Assembly: GCA_951406725.2 (NCBI GenBank)
Contig: OX597815.1
Coordinates: 147,808,001-147,872,000 of the forward strand
Reading direction: 5' to 3'
Length of the DNA: 64,000 nt
Source of the DNA: Octopus vulgaris
Lineage: Eukaryota
The position numbers and the translations under genes are program-made. The notes under the pieces were generated by a model. It saw only the letters and a list, made by a program, of their open reading frames with translations, did no database searches and was not told where the DNA came from. Below, piece by piece: positions 27,707 through 42,324 of the stretch (its first letter is position 1; each line of letters starts with the position of its first letter).

Positions 27707-29145
27707 GGATGTATATTTGCCCCTTAAATGTGGCTAACCCTTAAGGGTGGGTGCTGCTATAGCTTGTAGCCCTAGAAGGATACCTCTTCCAGATGGCTAT
27801 TGAAACACTTTCTGTGCCCTATCAGTATTTGCAAAGGAAAGCCTTGGTTCTCGATGCTAATATATATATCCTTTTTCCAGTGACGAAATGTCACAGATCT
27901 CGAAAAAGTTTAAACAAGCAATAATAAGTCTCTGAGTGAGTTATAAACGGCAGCTGAACAACATCTTTGCAGCTACTGTTTATATTTCGCTCAGGTTTTT
28001 ATTATATATATATATATATACATTTATGAACCTCTTAGCACTGCATTTCCGTTCAACTAATCCAGCGGCACTTCTGATGACGAATTAAATGCATTGTATA
28101 TGTCATTACTTACTAAACCATTATAAATTTAGAAGTGTCAAGATTGGAAAGCATATTGGATTTGTGGAACTTAGAGATAAAGTTAAGTAAGGCACATGCC
28201 GTGTCACGATAATCTCTCATTAATATCTTCAGTCAAGTAGAGTGACTCTTCACTTCCGTTATGATTTCCTTATGAGGTTGTGTCTTTATTTATGATTTTG
28301 TAAGTTACGACAAAGCTACTGGAAAGTAGTTTATTATGTATAAGGTTTCTACTTCACAAGTAATTCTTGTTCTTTTTTTAGCGATAAGGATATATAACGT
28401 AAGTTATTTCTTGGACAGTGTCAAATAATTGCGTGAAACGTCTTCGAAGCCTATAGAGAAGAGCCAAAGCAGATTGATTTAATCTTATTGGTAAAGTCAT
28501 CTGCAGGGGTTTCGGTTTCATAACCTGGTCGATGGTCACTTTTTACTGGTCAAGCCAACACTTTTTACCAACAGTGGTGCTTTGAAATCAGTAAATTTTC
28601 CATGGCATCTATTAAATCCAGTATATATGAGAAGGCACATTTACACTTGTAACATATATAACTTTTTTATATTTATCATGAATTTTACCACAGTTGTACA
28701 TATATCCATTCAACTCCATTATCCTCTCTTAGGTCTTCATATATATATTTAGCGCTCGTTAAATTATGGGGATGTTAACGTTAGAAGAGACATAAAAAAT
28801 TGAGCATGAATTTAGTTGCATTGTGTCTATATTTCTGAACGAGCAAACGTACGTTGCAACATCTATATACACAACACTTCAGGAACAAGCTAAACGTTCC
28901 TGAAACTGCCTCAAGTGATGCAATCGAATGACAAACTTCAAAACATTAGCAGCTGAAATATTCTCATACGTTTTACCACTCATATTAAAACAGTTTTGCT
29001 ATATATTTAACAAGGTATATAGAATGTTTTAGTATTGGCATAAACCGTAGCAAATGCGATATATTAAATGTTACTGCCTTTCATAAGAACTTTAATGATA
29101 ATTTCATAAAAACCTCTGTAACTCCATAAACAATACTTTCTATTA

Positions 29146-29451
29146 TTAAATCTGCATACTGCCCATTAGTCCTCCAGACAATAAGCACTCGAATCCACCA
29201 CTCTGTTTATAGGTGACATTAAACTCCTCTGCGTTGGAAGCCAACACTTGCCTGCAAGTTCCAGTCTTACAGAGGATTTCATAGTGGTATCCCCTCTTCT
29301 TTAATCTCACATCGTAGAAATCAAAATTAAAGTGTTTTCTTATGCAACCCGAAACAGATTTTGCAGCAGCATATAATTCTGCATCGATTTCATTCTGATA
29401 ATACTGCTGATACGTTTTCCACTTGTTAAAGGACACACGATCTTGGAAATG
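29146..29451 (-). CDS. Probable terminal coding exon of an unrecognised gene
   Basis: 306-nt non-repetitive frame, open up to its stop codon: HFQDRVSFNKWKTYQQYYQNEIDAELYAAAKSVSGC...GGLMGSMQI*. Candidate acceptor ...ttctatttagaaatgtAG (phase 0); ATTAAA ~50 nt downstream. The acceptor choice is ambiguous because another AG lies 8 nt upstream. Confidence 0.6.
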   Translation of the reverse strand, partial: HFQDRVSFNKWKTYQQYYQNEIDAELYAAAKSVSGCIRKHFNFDFYDVRLKKRGYHYEILCKTGTCRQVLASNAEEFNVTYKQSGGFECLLSGGLMGSMQI

Positions 29452-30110
29452 CTACATTTCTAAATAGAAGTATCAGAAATTCGTTGCAAAAATATACGGT
29501 CACCAAATATAGCTGTATTTTATTAGAATGTATTCAAACCGAAACCCCGTATAACGCGCAACCCTATAAAATAGTTTTTTTTTCAATCGGTGTCAATAAC
29601 GTAACTTAATCATCACAAATTGAATATCATGGTAGCTAAATTTGTTATAAATGAATGTTTACATTTAATGAAATGAAATGAAAGCACTCGCAGAGAAAAT
29701 CATTCTATACAAACAGAAAATAACGTGTTGAGACAAAAATGTGGAACTTTCAGATACATTCACAATATGGCGTACTGATTGGAGTACAGACAAAGCAACG
29801 TTAATGAAAGTCTAGGTGAAAATGGTTGTGTATATCTGCCTGTGTGGATATACATATGTGTGTGCGTGTGTGCATGTGTGTGTAGGTGTGTGTATATATG
29901 TGTGAGTGTGTGCATACATGTGTGCGAATGTGATGCGTGTTTCTTTTTACAGAGATATGTGTATGTATTAATTTATTTAAGACGAAAAACAATTGATATA
30001 CCCGCTCGCTTGTGTGTGAGAATGTGTATGGGAGCGTATGCGTGTATGTAAACTTGTCTGAAAAAACCAGCCGTGTGAAACATTATAATCTAATATTCAT
30101 GCCTTTTAAA

Positions 30111-30510
30111 GGCGGCGAGCTGGCAGAAACGTTAGCACGCCGGGCGAAATGCGTAGCCATATTCCGTCCTCCGTTATGTTCTCAGTTCAAATTCCGCCGA
30201 GGTCGACTTCGCTTTTCATCATTTCAGGGTCGATAAATTAAGTACCATTTACGCACTGGGGTCGATATAGTCGACTTAATCCCTTTGTCTGTCCTTGTTT
30301 GTCCACTCTATGTTCGGCCCATTGTGGGTAGTAATGAAATAGGTATTTCGTCTGTCTTTACGTTCTGAGTTCAAATTCTGCCGAGGTCGACTTTGCCTTT
30401 CGTCTTTTCGATGTCGATAAATTAAGTACCATTTGCGTACTGGGGTCGATCTAATCGACTGGCCTCTCCCTCAAAATTTTAGGCAATGTGCCTAGAGTAG
30501 AAAAGAATAT
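30111..30510 (+). mobile_element. SINE family A, dimeric copy
   Basis: Full head ggcggcgagctggcagaaacgttagcacgccggg; the core block occurs twice (~30185-30275 and ~30365-30460). Confidence 0.92.
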
Positions 30511-30651
30511 TTATGCCTTGTAAGCACTTTGTATTTAGTTACCCATAACTGCAATGGATACCATTTTTTAAATACCGTTTTTAACCTACTCTTTTCTCAC
30601 ATGTTTCTTTGTTCTCTCTTCTTTTGTTATGTTCTTTTAAAGTTTAATTAT

Positions 30652-30860
30652 TAGCAGTTGCTGTATGGTAAGAAGCTTGCATCCCAACTACCTGGTTGCT
30701 GGTTCAGTCTCACTGCGTGGCAACTTGGCTAAGTGTCTTCTATTAGAGCCTCGAGCCGACCAAAGTCTTGTGAGAGGATTTGGTAGACAGAAACTGAAAG
30801 AAGCCCGTCGTGAGTATATATGTATATATGGCGCCAGTCCAATGACTGAAACAAGTAAAA
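30652..30860 (+). mobile_element. SINE family B with internal deletion
   Basis: Head and CORE-like block joined almost directly to the aatgactgaaacaagtaaaa tail. Confidence 0.85.
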
Positions 30861-31244
30861 CATTTTTTTTTTTGGTTTGTAATTTATATCTTGTAGGAAT
30901 CATCGGCCAAACTTTTGGAAAACAAATCTTTATGATTGTTTTCATTCATTTCTATTTTTAGATATTATATAATACTTAATTTTGATACAACTTAAATGAT
31001 TACCTTTGTTGCTTTTGTACATTCTAAGTATAGCCATTTTGGCACCTGCATAGATTGGGGGACTACCACATACATCTGTAGTCTGCTATTTAGGTAGAAA
31101 ACTTGGAAATCTAGCAAAGCTGCAATATTCACTTGCCACTATTCGTTCCGATAAGTAGCATGTTCATTGTGTTGTGATGATTATATTCAGACAATTAAAC
31201 TCACGCACTATGTATATAGTCTTCACTTCATCATTATTATTATC

Positions 31245-31670
31245 ATTATTTCCGTACACCCAGGGCAGAGAAGCTCATTGTATGCATTCCCAGATTACAC
31301 ACGCAAATTCACATGTAAAATATGTATTAAAAAAAATAATAAATAAATAAATTCATGAATGGATGTTGTTTTCACAGCGATAATGCTCTTCACAGTACAT
31401 GAGTCGTTCCATTTAACACTTTTTGCACTTTCGTTCCAGTTAACACGATTTTTGCACTTTCGTTCCAGTTAACACGACTTTTGTGCTTTCGTTCCAGTTA
31501 ACACGATTTTTTGCATTTTCGTTCCAGTAACAGTTATTCTACCACTTTCGTTCCAGTTAAAAGGATGTTTTGCACTTTTGTTCCAGTGAACACGACGTTT
31601 TGCACTTTCGTTCCAGTGAACGCGATGTTTGCACTTTCGTTCTAGTTAACACGATTTTTGTCACTTATAT
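31245..31670. repeat. Interspersed repeat ending in a ~29-bp minisatellite (~9 units)
   Basis: Unit cgttccagttaacacgatttttgcacttt is tandem from ~31404 to ~31666. Confidence 0.9.
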
Positions 31671-31773
31671 TCTTCTTCTTCTTCTTCTTTTTCTTTTCCT
31701 TCTTCTCCTCCTCCTCCTCCTTTTTCTCCTCCTCCTCCTCCTTCTTCTTCTTCTTCTTCTTCTTCTTCTTCTT

Positions 31774-31871
<98 letters not shown>
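31670..31871. repeat. (CTT)n/(CTC)n/(TTA)n microsatellite
   Basis: Directly visible. Confidence 0.95.
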
Positions 31872-31872
<1 letters not shown>

Positions 31873-32378
31873 AACGTCGCACATTATACAATATCGTGAG
31901 ATTGTTGATTGAAGACATTGTGTCTACCCTGGGGTTTGTAATGTTTGGAAAGTCGCAACAAGGACCTCCGACAGAGAGTACTTTACGCAATGTGCGTGCA
32001 GTTCCACGTAATGCCGACTTTTACAATATATCTAGACTGTAAGGTATTTCTAATGTTTTCAGATGATTTTTATTTTTTCAGATTGGGTGTTATTGAACCC
32101 AATACTTCGATGAAAATAGGGATAAACTTTAAGTTCGGCTATCGTAGCTGCCACATCTTTACGATATCAGTTCTCAGGTCTCCATATTTATCAACTTTTT
32201 CCCTTTCTTACATGATGATGTATTGATTACCTCCCAGCCCTACGTCAATAATTAGACACTCCTGTTTGTCCCTCCTAACAGTTACTATATCCAGCCTTCG
32301 GTGCTCTAACACTTTGTCTGTCTGGAAAGCAAAGTCGCAGTGGATTTTTGCCTTCCCTTTTCGTCCATTACCTTTTCC
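31872..32378 (-). mobile_element. R4/Dong-like RLE LINE 3' fragment ending in (TAA)n
   Basis: Minus: DFAFQTDKVLEHRRLDIVTVRRDKQECLIIDV...EKVDKYGDLR...IPIFIEVLGSI...KSALRGTARTLRKVLS (PD-(D/E)xK endonuclease). Confidence 0.9.
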
Positions 32379-33678
32379 AGTGTATAGCGAACTACAGCAG
32401 CATTACCTTTTCCAGTGTGTCGCGGACTACAGCAACAGCTCATATCATTAAACATTCATCATCATTAAATAACTCTTATTTAGGGACCTTTTGAGCAGAA
32501 TAGACTACTTGACTTGAAGAAAATTCCTTGAGTTGAGCTTCGATTTCAAGAGAATATTGAGGCGCTTAAAATATGCAGTGGTGACTTTGTCTGTCGTTTT
32601 CTGTGCAAGATTTTGTCCCGCTCCAGTAAAATGCAGTAGAATCTGTGCACATTTCCATCCAGAGCAATGTAGATCATCGCATTGCTCTGGATTATCTAAA
32701 GTGTTGTCGTCGTCGTTTTTGTTGCATCGTCTTCATCGCCGTCGTGGTCATCATCATGATCGGCATCAGCAGCAGCAGCAATATGTACTTCAACTGATGA
32801 AGAATGAAAATGATCTCTTCTTCGCTGTTGTAATCATCTGTTTTACAATTTAATTTATCCTATAGATAAGGGCCGCTTTTGCTAAGGCGCGTTTGACTAA
32901 GTAGATGCTTAGTTAGAAATTAATGATAGCTGTCTGCAGGGAAAGTGCTTGACACGTCAGTTGATGATATCCGTTGTTAAAGGTTTAATGAATTCTAAAT
33001 AAATATACAAATAGATATATGTCTGTCGAAACATCGGAAAGAAATCACGACATTATATACAACACTAATGGCATTCACTGCAAAGTCTTTTACTCTTCAC
33101 AACGCAGTGTTAATAACATTTTTATGTTTATGTATATTCGTATCCTTCTAGATGCGCGTAGATTAAAAAAGCGATTTAGCAACAGCACTCCACAGTATCC
33201 CAATGCTAGTAATACCACGTCTGAAATTAAATAGCTATGTTCTCGCTAATCTGAAATCATGCGCAGATTTGAAATTATACACTGATTTTATAAACGGTAA
33301 AAGTGGAAATTATAAATAATGACTTATTCGCAATTTTACAAACTAAATGCAGATATATATACGTCACTGAACTGGCGAAGAACGCTAATCAGCACCAGTT
33401 TTGATAGAACAACAAATAGGCTGTAAAATTGCGAATTAACAACCCATAAACCTTATAATTTGCACTTTTAGCGTTTATGAAATCAGCACATTATTTCGCA
33501 TAGGCATAGGAGTGGCTGTGTGGTAAGAAGCTTCCTTACCAACCAAATGGTTTCGGGATCAGTCCCACTGCGTGGCAACTTAGCAAGTATCTTCTACTAT
33601 AGGTTCGGTCCGACCAAAGCCTTGTGAGTGGATTTGGTAGATGGAAACTGAAAAAAAGTCTGCCGTGTACTTGTATGT

Positions 33679-34951
<1,273 letters not shown>

Positions 34952-35319
34952 GATGTATGTATCTATGTATGCGTGTGTATATGCTTGTGTGTCTGTGTTT
35001 GTCCCCCCAACATCGCTTGACAACAGATGCTTGTGTGTTTACGTCCCTATAACTTAGCGGTTCGGCAAAAGGGAACAATAGAATAAGTACTAGGCGTACA
35101 AAGAATACGTCCTGGCCTCGATTTGCTCGACTAAAGGCTGTGCTCCAGCATGTCCTGAGTCAAATAACTTAAACAAGGAAAAGAGTGAAATACTCTATGA
35201 TTTCAAATCATATAAACTGACAAGGCGAGCGGAGTTGAACGATAAGCGCGGTGAGAGCCACCACTAAGCATTAAGATGTGTCAAGCACCAAAGTGCAAAA
35301 TTATTCGATGGTCTGGTTA

Positions 35320-35530
35320 TATACGATGTTCAAAAAGTCTCCCCCAGTAAGAATTTTATTGCAAAAAACATATTTATACGATATTATAAGACTACAAAAG
35401 AAGTCTTCTCGAGAAGTGTTGAATGTGTCGTCCTTGATTTTTCAATACATAAAATAAATTTCTTTTTACTGCCGTTTGAGCACTTCCTCGGCTGAATTCG
35501 CTGCGGAGAGACTCTTTGAACACCTTGTAT
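35320..35530. mobile_element. Tc1/mariner-type MITE
   Basis: Imperfect ~27-bp TIRs (tacgatgttcaaaaagtctccccca / ctgcggagagactctttgaacaccttgta), TA ends. Confidence 0.65.
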
Positions 35531-35989
35531 CTGCCCTTGTCAGTCCTTAAGTTGATGCTTTCTGTTCCTATTGTGTTACTTTGACTATTATTTCTAGCAA
35601 TATTGCTATTGGTTAGTGTCGTTTGTCACTTTAGTCACGTATGTATTTCTGCATCTAGGTTGTTAAATTGCGAATTAGCCATCCATATTATTAATATTTT
35701 CTTTTTTACTGTTTGTGAAATCAGCGTTATGATTTCAACGGAAATCTTATAAACTGACATGATGAGCTAAGTTTAATCCTTGATGCTGTGAGAGTCACCG
35801 ATGACCATTAAAATGGGTAAGCATCGATGATCTGGCTATACCTGCTGCTGTAGGGAGTTGCTTCCCTTGTCTGTTCATTAAGATACTGCTTCTGTGGCTA
35901 TTGATTTGTTTTAGCTCTTATTTCTATCAATGCTGGTGCTGTTTAGAGACCGTTATTACTTTAGTGATACATACACACACACACACATA

Positions 35990-36340
35990 TTAAATACTTT
36001 TAGAACTTACTCACAATTACTGGAAACTTACATGTATACCATTCTGCCTAAATAATGGAACTAACGATACAATATCCCTGCATATCTCACTTCTACTTTC
36101 ATTCCTCCACTTCACTCTCTCTATTTCATATCGAATAACTATCTCGAATAACTATCGCTTAACCATCTCCTCACACCGTCTCCGACGAAGGAATATACAA
36201 AATATCCAGGAAACAGCTGTACGACCTATTTGTAAATGTTCTGAAATCTTTCACAGCCTTGGATTTTTATCTCATTCTCTGTGTGTTTGTGTGTGTGATT
36301 GAGTGGATAAACAATAGATTTATTTGGATTTCCATGTATT
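35990..36340 (+). mobile_element. PLE 3' end with degenerate hammerhead
   Basis: GTCT-CCGACGA-AGGAATAT...ATATCCAG-GAAA-CAGCTG-TA-CGAC at 36178-36225. Confidence 0.5.
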
Positions 36341-36344
36341 ATCC

Positions 36345-36497
36345 AAAACAGTTTGATTTCAAGTCTCTGCTAGTTAAAGTTTCAAAGCCCGTAACCGGGT
36401 TCTTCCTCAGGCCGGTGGAATTCCACAGGCATATGGGAAGGCTCTGTTTGGGGCTTTGAAACTTTAAGTTGCAAGGAATCCGAATCGAACAATTTTG
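36345..36497. repeat. Short foldback element
   Basis: ttaaagtttcaaagccc / gggctttgaaactttaa perfect inner arms; diverged outer arms. Confidence 0.7.
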
Positions 36498-37368
36498 AAA
36501 AGTAGATTGTATGATGCTTGTGTGGGAAGACATATGCTACATGGCAGTGAAACATGGGCTGTGACAGCCGAGAAAATGCGTAGGATTCACAGAAATGAAG
36601 CCTGTATGCTTAGGTGGATGTGCAATGTCTGTGTATGTGCACAACAAAGTCTAATCATCGTGAAAGAAAATTTGAGCCTAAGAGGCGTCAGATGTAATGT
36701 TCAAGAGAGAAGACTGCACTGGTATGGTCATGTGATGCGCATGAATGAGGACATATGCATAAAAACGTAGTGATCTCTAACTGAAGATGGAAACTGTTGA
36801 CCCAGGAAGACATGGGTCCAGGTGGTGAAGCATGATCTTTGAACTTTCAGCCCCATAAAGGCAACTAATCGTTGCCTTTGTTGTGCTCTAGAATCCAACG
36901 ATTAGTTGCCTTTGTTGTGCTCTAGAATCCAACTGAAATCGTAGTCGTAGCCGATACTGGTGTCACGTAACTGGCACGGGAAAAGCCACTTTCAAGAGTT
37001 GGATCTTACGGTGTCAATGTGGTCTACGACAGTGACACGTGAAAAGCTCCTTACTAGGGCTGGGCCTTACGGCGGCAATGCGAGAATGACCGAAACCTTT
37101 GGCATTATGTCGTGCTTGACAAGATGACCCATCAGGCTAAGTAAAATCTCAGACATGGCAGAAATTTGTGCCACGCAAATGGCACCCGTGCCTGTGGCAT
37201 GTAAATGCACCCTTTACACTCTCGGAGTGGTTGGCGTTAGGAAGGGCATCAAGCCGCAGAAAACCAGGACAAATAAGAATGGAGTCTGGTGCAACCTTCC
37301 AGCTTGCCAACCCCGGTCAACACTCGTCAACCCTGGTCAACCTGTCCAACCCATGCCAGCATGGACAT
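36497..37368 (+). mobile_element. RTE-clade LINE 3' fragment and 3' UTR
   Basis: RLYDACV...MLHGSETWAVT..MRRIHRNEACMLRWMC...QERRLHWYGHVMRM. Confidence 0.9.
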
Positions 37369-37533
37369 TGTAGGATCGGAACGGAAAAGACTTGCTCATT
37401 TTACCAAACACCAAACTGATACACTTTCTAGCTGTTATTACACTTGTCTTCGTCTTTTGTTTTTATATAAAATTCAATTATATATGTATATACATATATA
37501 CATACACACAAACACACGCACGCACACAAACAT

Positions 37534-37581
<48 letters not shown>

Positions 37582-38120
37582 TGGCTATATTAAATCACTG
37601 AGCGAGATGTAAACAGTAGCAATACAGGATCATACTTTATAAATGCCAACCATGTGTGGCGTCCTATACGGGACACTGATACTTACGTTTATAGCCCCAG
37701 GAAGATATCTATTCCAGCTGCCTAACGACTCACATTCTATGTCCGATTAGCATTTGCTAGGAGAGGTCATCGCGCCCATCCATAGCCTTACGTGATACAC
37801 ACAGACTTGATTCTTGCTGGTTGCCCGTCCTCAGCGTGTGTTAATCACCAGCTAGTGAGGAAAACTCACCCCACTCGCAAAATACTACAGGCTTTTGACA
37901 GCAACGAACCGTCGCTTATCTTGAAAATGGAGAACTAAGTTATATCAAATCACTGAGCAAGATATCAAGTCGTTATTCTATCATTAATCTATGCTAATTT
38001 GGTTAATTGTAAGATAGAAATTTAAATGCAATAAAATGATTTAAAAGGAATTTAAAGTGCCTACGGGATAACAGTAAACCTACATTTGAACCAGCCTATA
38101 TACATACATACATATATATT

Positions 38121-38206
<86 letters not shown>

Positions 38207-38259
38207 GATAGATAGATAGATATATAGATAGATAGATAGATAGATAGAGAGATACTCAC

Positions 38260-38323
38260 GAATGTTCCACGTGCATTTGCTGGAAGTGTTGGCTGTATCA
38301 TAATGAATGGATATTTCTTAATG
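38260..38323 (-). CDS. Candidate internal exon (64 nt, phase 2 to 0)
   Basis: cattctAG|C ATT AAG AAA TAT...GGA ACA TTC|GTGAGT; reads IKKYPFIMIQPTLPANARGTF. Confidence 0.65.
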
Positions 38324-38405
38324 CTAGAATGATTATATATGTTTGTGATTAAATCACTGATCGTGTGATTTAAGTTGATGTCTGTGAAATAGTTTATGTG
38401 CTCAC

Positions 38406-38575
38406 TGTGGATTGAAATAAATCTTCAAATGCTGACAAAATTTCTTAATTGATCTCTTTAACCTTGTTCTATTTTGCTGCCAAAGGACAGTTTCCTGGTG
38501 ATTATTTGCTATGTAGTTTGATGTGGTGCCAAAACATGATACACAGAGGAATATAAAATTATTTCTGCTGATTGC
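38406..38575 (-). CDS. Candidate internal exon (ends in phase 2)
   Basis: ttttattAG|CA ATC AGC...AAT CCA CA|GTGAGC; reads ISRNNFIFLCVSCFGTT...NRTRLKRSIKKFCQHLKIYFNP. An 82-nt intron joins it in frame to the next exon. Exact 5' boundary uncertain (several nearby AGs). Confidence 0.6.
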
Positions 38576-39069
38576 TAATAAAATATATGCTTCTCTCAAT
38601 TCGGTACTTAAAAAGTGTTTTTCGTTTTAATGATGTGACTACGTGGAATTTAATTTTCTCCAGACATTATTTGTACAATGCCAAGAACTTTTTTCACACT
38701 TAAATAAATATATATAGACTAATCAAATCTGATGGTTAGTTGTCAAGTAACCGTCCACATTATTTTACCGTCTGCACTCTCATATCGCTCACAATATAAA
38801 AACAAAAGGTGTGAAGTCAGAGATATATATTCTGGAACTATTATAATCGTTTTAATTATTTTCCTAAAACAATACTTACATTTCTTTAAAATCAAATGTA
38901 CGGTTATTATTGCCATCCATTGTAACCAGCATAATGAAATATCGTTAAATAACATAGATAATGAGGAGTAATTAATTGAAACAGGTTCTTCTTGAACACA
39001 TTGATTTACATCGGTTTACCTGTATGGAATACACACACAGCCACATGCCACACAGATATATTTATATAA

Positions 39070-39104
<35 letters not shown>

Positions 39105-39490
39105 TGTCTGTCTGTCTGCGTATTTGTGTATGTATTTACCTGCGTGTATGCATTCATTAGATAATGGATAAAATTAAAGACAACAATAACGTTTCGAAAA
39201 CTTGTTTGTTTTCAAAATAAAGACTGGAGTAAATTGGAGAAGGAAGTAGAAATTAAACAGGTTAATAGCATGTGGTTTCTCTTAATATATTTTAACGGAG
39301 ATTGGCCGGAAATAAGGAAAGTGATAATGGTGAAGTGCGAATAATAAGAATAGTGACTATAACTGGTTGCGCATTGAGATGTATTATGTATGAGCATGCA
39401 TATATATATAAATATATATATATATATACAAAAGTTTATTAATTTGTGCTACAAGACACCTGATGTGAAGTCGTGTTTTGAAACAGATAT

Positions 39491-39703
39491 TGTTGTATTT
39501 CGGGACGGTAATTTTTCTCTGTCGGAATGAAATGATTTGATCAAGAGAACACACGAAGACGAAAAGAGATCACATATGTGAGGCGAGATATTTCCGGACA
39601 ATGGACATGAGTTAGAATAAAAATAGAAAGAAACAGGTGGAGCATAAATGTACAGTGCGTGTCTTTATTTGGTAAATAAACATAATTTTACAATCTCACA
39701 ATG

Positions 39704-39708
<5 letters not shown>
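39491..39708. mobile_element. Possible solo LTR or MITE in a TA-rich tract
   Basis: TGTTGTATT...AATGCAACA inverted termini; AATAAA near the right end. Confidence 0.35.
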
Positions 39709-39765
<57 letters not shown>

Positions 39766-40059
39766 AAAATGCTAGTTGTCACTTGAACATGTTTGTTCCA
39801 TACGGAACTGAGTTACTACCATGTTTTTAAGCGCAGGAGAATATCTTCACTAGCTGCTTAAAGATACAACCTGTGTCCAATATATTTCCAGCAGGTTATC
39901 TCGTTAACAAGCCGCAGAATTTATTCTCCTCTTGTTAACAAAATGTAATATTTTTACGTTCGCAACAGTCACGTTGAAGAGAAAACAGACATTACTTGTC
40001 ATTATTGTTATTAACATCTCTTATAAAGACTGTAGACATCGCAAGTTTGTTTATATATA

Positions 40060-40152
<93 letters not shown>

Positions 40153-40169
40153 TATATTATATTATATTC

Positions 40170-41694
40170 CCATTAATAACTTCCCTTCTCGACATCCTCA
40201 TTAAGAAATCTGACAACGTAATACAAACAGATATATACTATAAGCCCACGGACCCTAAACAATATCTACCGTTCAATTCATGCCACGCCAGACACACCGA
40301 TTGAATATCCCTTTCAACCTAGCAAAAAGGATATGTACTATAGTTTCTAATGCAAACACCGAAGACAGACGACTACATGAACTAAAGGATGACTCACCAC
40401 CAGGAACTACCCATCTTTACTAATTCACATATGTTTTCAACGTCCCTTCAACTCAACTTTCAGGAACACATACATCCCAAATTAAAGAAGCATTTCCAGC
40501 CAAAAGCCCTACCAGATATTTCCACACACAATCCTTTTAACAATGAAGCATTCGACACGGTCCTTCGAAACATTTCCCTGCTAAAATAGGACCACAGAAT
40601 GAACTTAATCCTCCAACACACACCATCAAAAAAGCAAGAGATAACCAAAATCTACGAAAAGTCTCCTAGGCCAAGCCCGAATACACTCAGCAACAACGCT
40701 GTAGCCGTCAGTAAAATATGCGGAGCACCCAACTATGGGATATGCGTCAATTTAATAGAGGGATCAGAGTACTCCTTCAAACAAAGACAACGTTTCACAG
40801 TGAAAATCAATTTCACATGTCCTTCTGGGGACCTGATATACGAACTAACCTGCCCTGGGTATCAAGAGCAATACATAGGTCAAACAAAAGCAGTCTACGT
40901 CAAAAGATGTCTCTGTACAGATCCCAGATCAAAATACCCCAAAACAGAAAAATGGCATTCAGCCAACACATCGACGTTTGCGCCAATACCAAATAGTCAA
41001 GTTTCAGAATTGTTCCCCTCTACCAATTCAGGGACGATATTACCTCTAGCCAACGAATTAGTAAAGAGACTCTCTTTATTACAAAATACTGACGCCTTTT
41101 GAACTCATCTACAACAAATGACATATCCATCACGGCCTTAGAATAACACAAACACACACGCAAATATTAAAATTGATACACTCAAGATATTCACAAGAAT
41201 TCATTAAAAACATTCCCAACGGCTGCTATAATCCATAACTATCACTTTTAGGTCACTTGACCATTTAACATCCTACTAATATCATACGACCTACATTCCT
41301 TTTTATTCTCCCTTGTCTTTCTCCTTCTACCTCGTCTTCATCCTCTCCTGCACCTTCTTCCCAACTTTACCACTATTGCTGTTTAGAATAACACCTACGC
41401 AAATTTTATAAACAATACAATCAAACAAATATCTCAAGAATTCAATCACTACTACCATCCACAAAAAGTCACTTTCAAGGCACTTCACCATTTAACATCC
41501 TACTACTTTCATGGCACTCCCGCATTTTTCTTCTCCTCCTCTTCCTTCTTCTTCTTCTTCTTCTTCTTCTTCTTCTTCTTCTTCTTCTTCTTCCCTACCA
41601 AGAATTCACACGAATTCGAACCCACAAGAGTATACAAAAGAGACCGAGACAGGCAGAATAAATTTATTTCAGCATTTTCTATCTTTACTTTTTA

Positions 41695-41697
<3 letters not shown>
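40170..41697 (+). mobile_element. Penelope-like element: RT thumb, Cys linker, GIY-YIG and 3' UTR (decayed)
   Basis: LLDILIKK...TDIYYKPTDPKQYLPFNSCH...NIPFNLAKRICTIVS; CGAPNYGIC...FTCPSGDLIYELTCPGYQEQYIGQT; frameshifted; flanked by (TA)n. Confidence 0.92.
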
Positions 41698-41739
<42 letters not shown>

Positions 41740-41744
<5 letters not shown>

Positions 41745-41889
41745 CAGGCGTAGCTGTGTGGTAAATTGGTAGGTTCCTGGTTCAATCTCACTTCCTGGCA
41801 CCTTAGGTAGGTGTCTTCTACAATATCTTTGGGCCGACCAAAGCCTTGTGAGTGGATTTAGTATGCCGAAACAGAAAGAAGCCCCTTCG

Positions 41890-41974
<85 letters not shown>

Positions 41975-42200
41975 ATGTGTGTGTGTAAGTATTTGTGTGT
42001 TTGCGTGTCACCCACCATCGCCTGACAACTGCTGCTGGTGTTCTTACATCCTCGTTACATAGCGGTTCGTTAAAACGGCCGGATAGAATAAGTACCAGGC
42101 TTACAAAGAATAATTCCTGTGGTCGATTTCTTCAACTAAGGCTGGTACTCTAGCATTGCCGCAGAGCCAAATGACTGAAATAAGTAAAGGAATAAATGAA
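41740..42200 (+). mobile_element. SINE family B
   Basis: Head, CORE-like block, (TA)n and tail all present. Confidence 0.9.
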
Positions 42201-42237
42201 TAAAAAAATTATATATATATATATATATATATACATA

Positions 42238-42268
<31 letters not shown>

Positions 42269-42324
42269 ATAAGAAAAGAAAGAAAATGCACATAGTTTAC
42301 ATTGTTTTAAAATATATTCTAATA

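Noticed and set aside
31404-31666. CRISPR-like array of ~29-bp repeats
   Set aside because: Units are head-to-tail with no unique spacers, there are no cas genes, and the context is eukaryotic.
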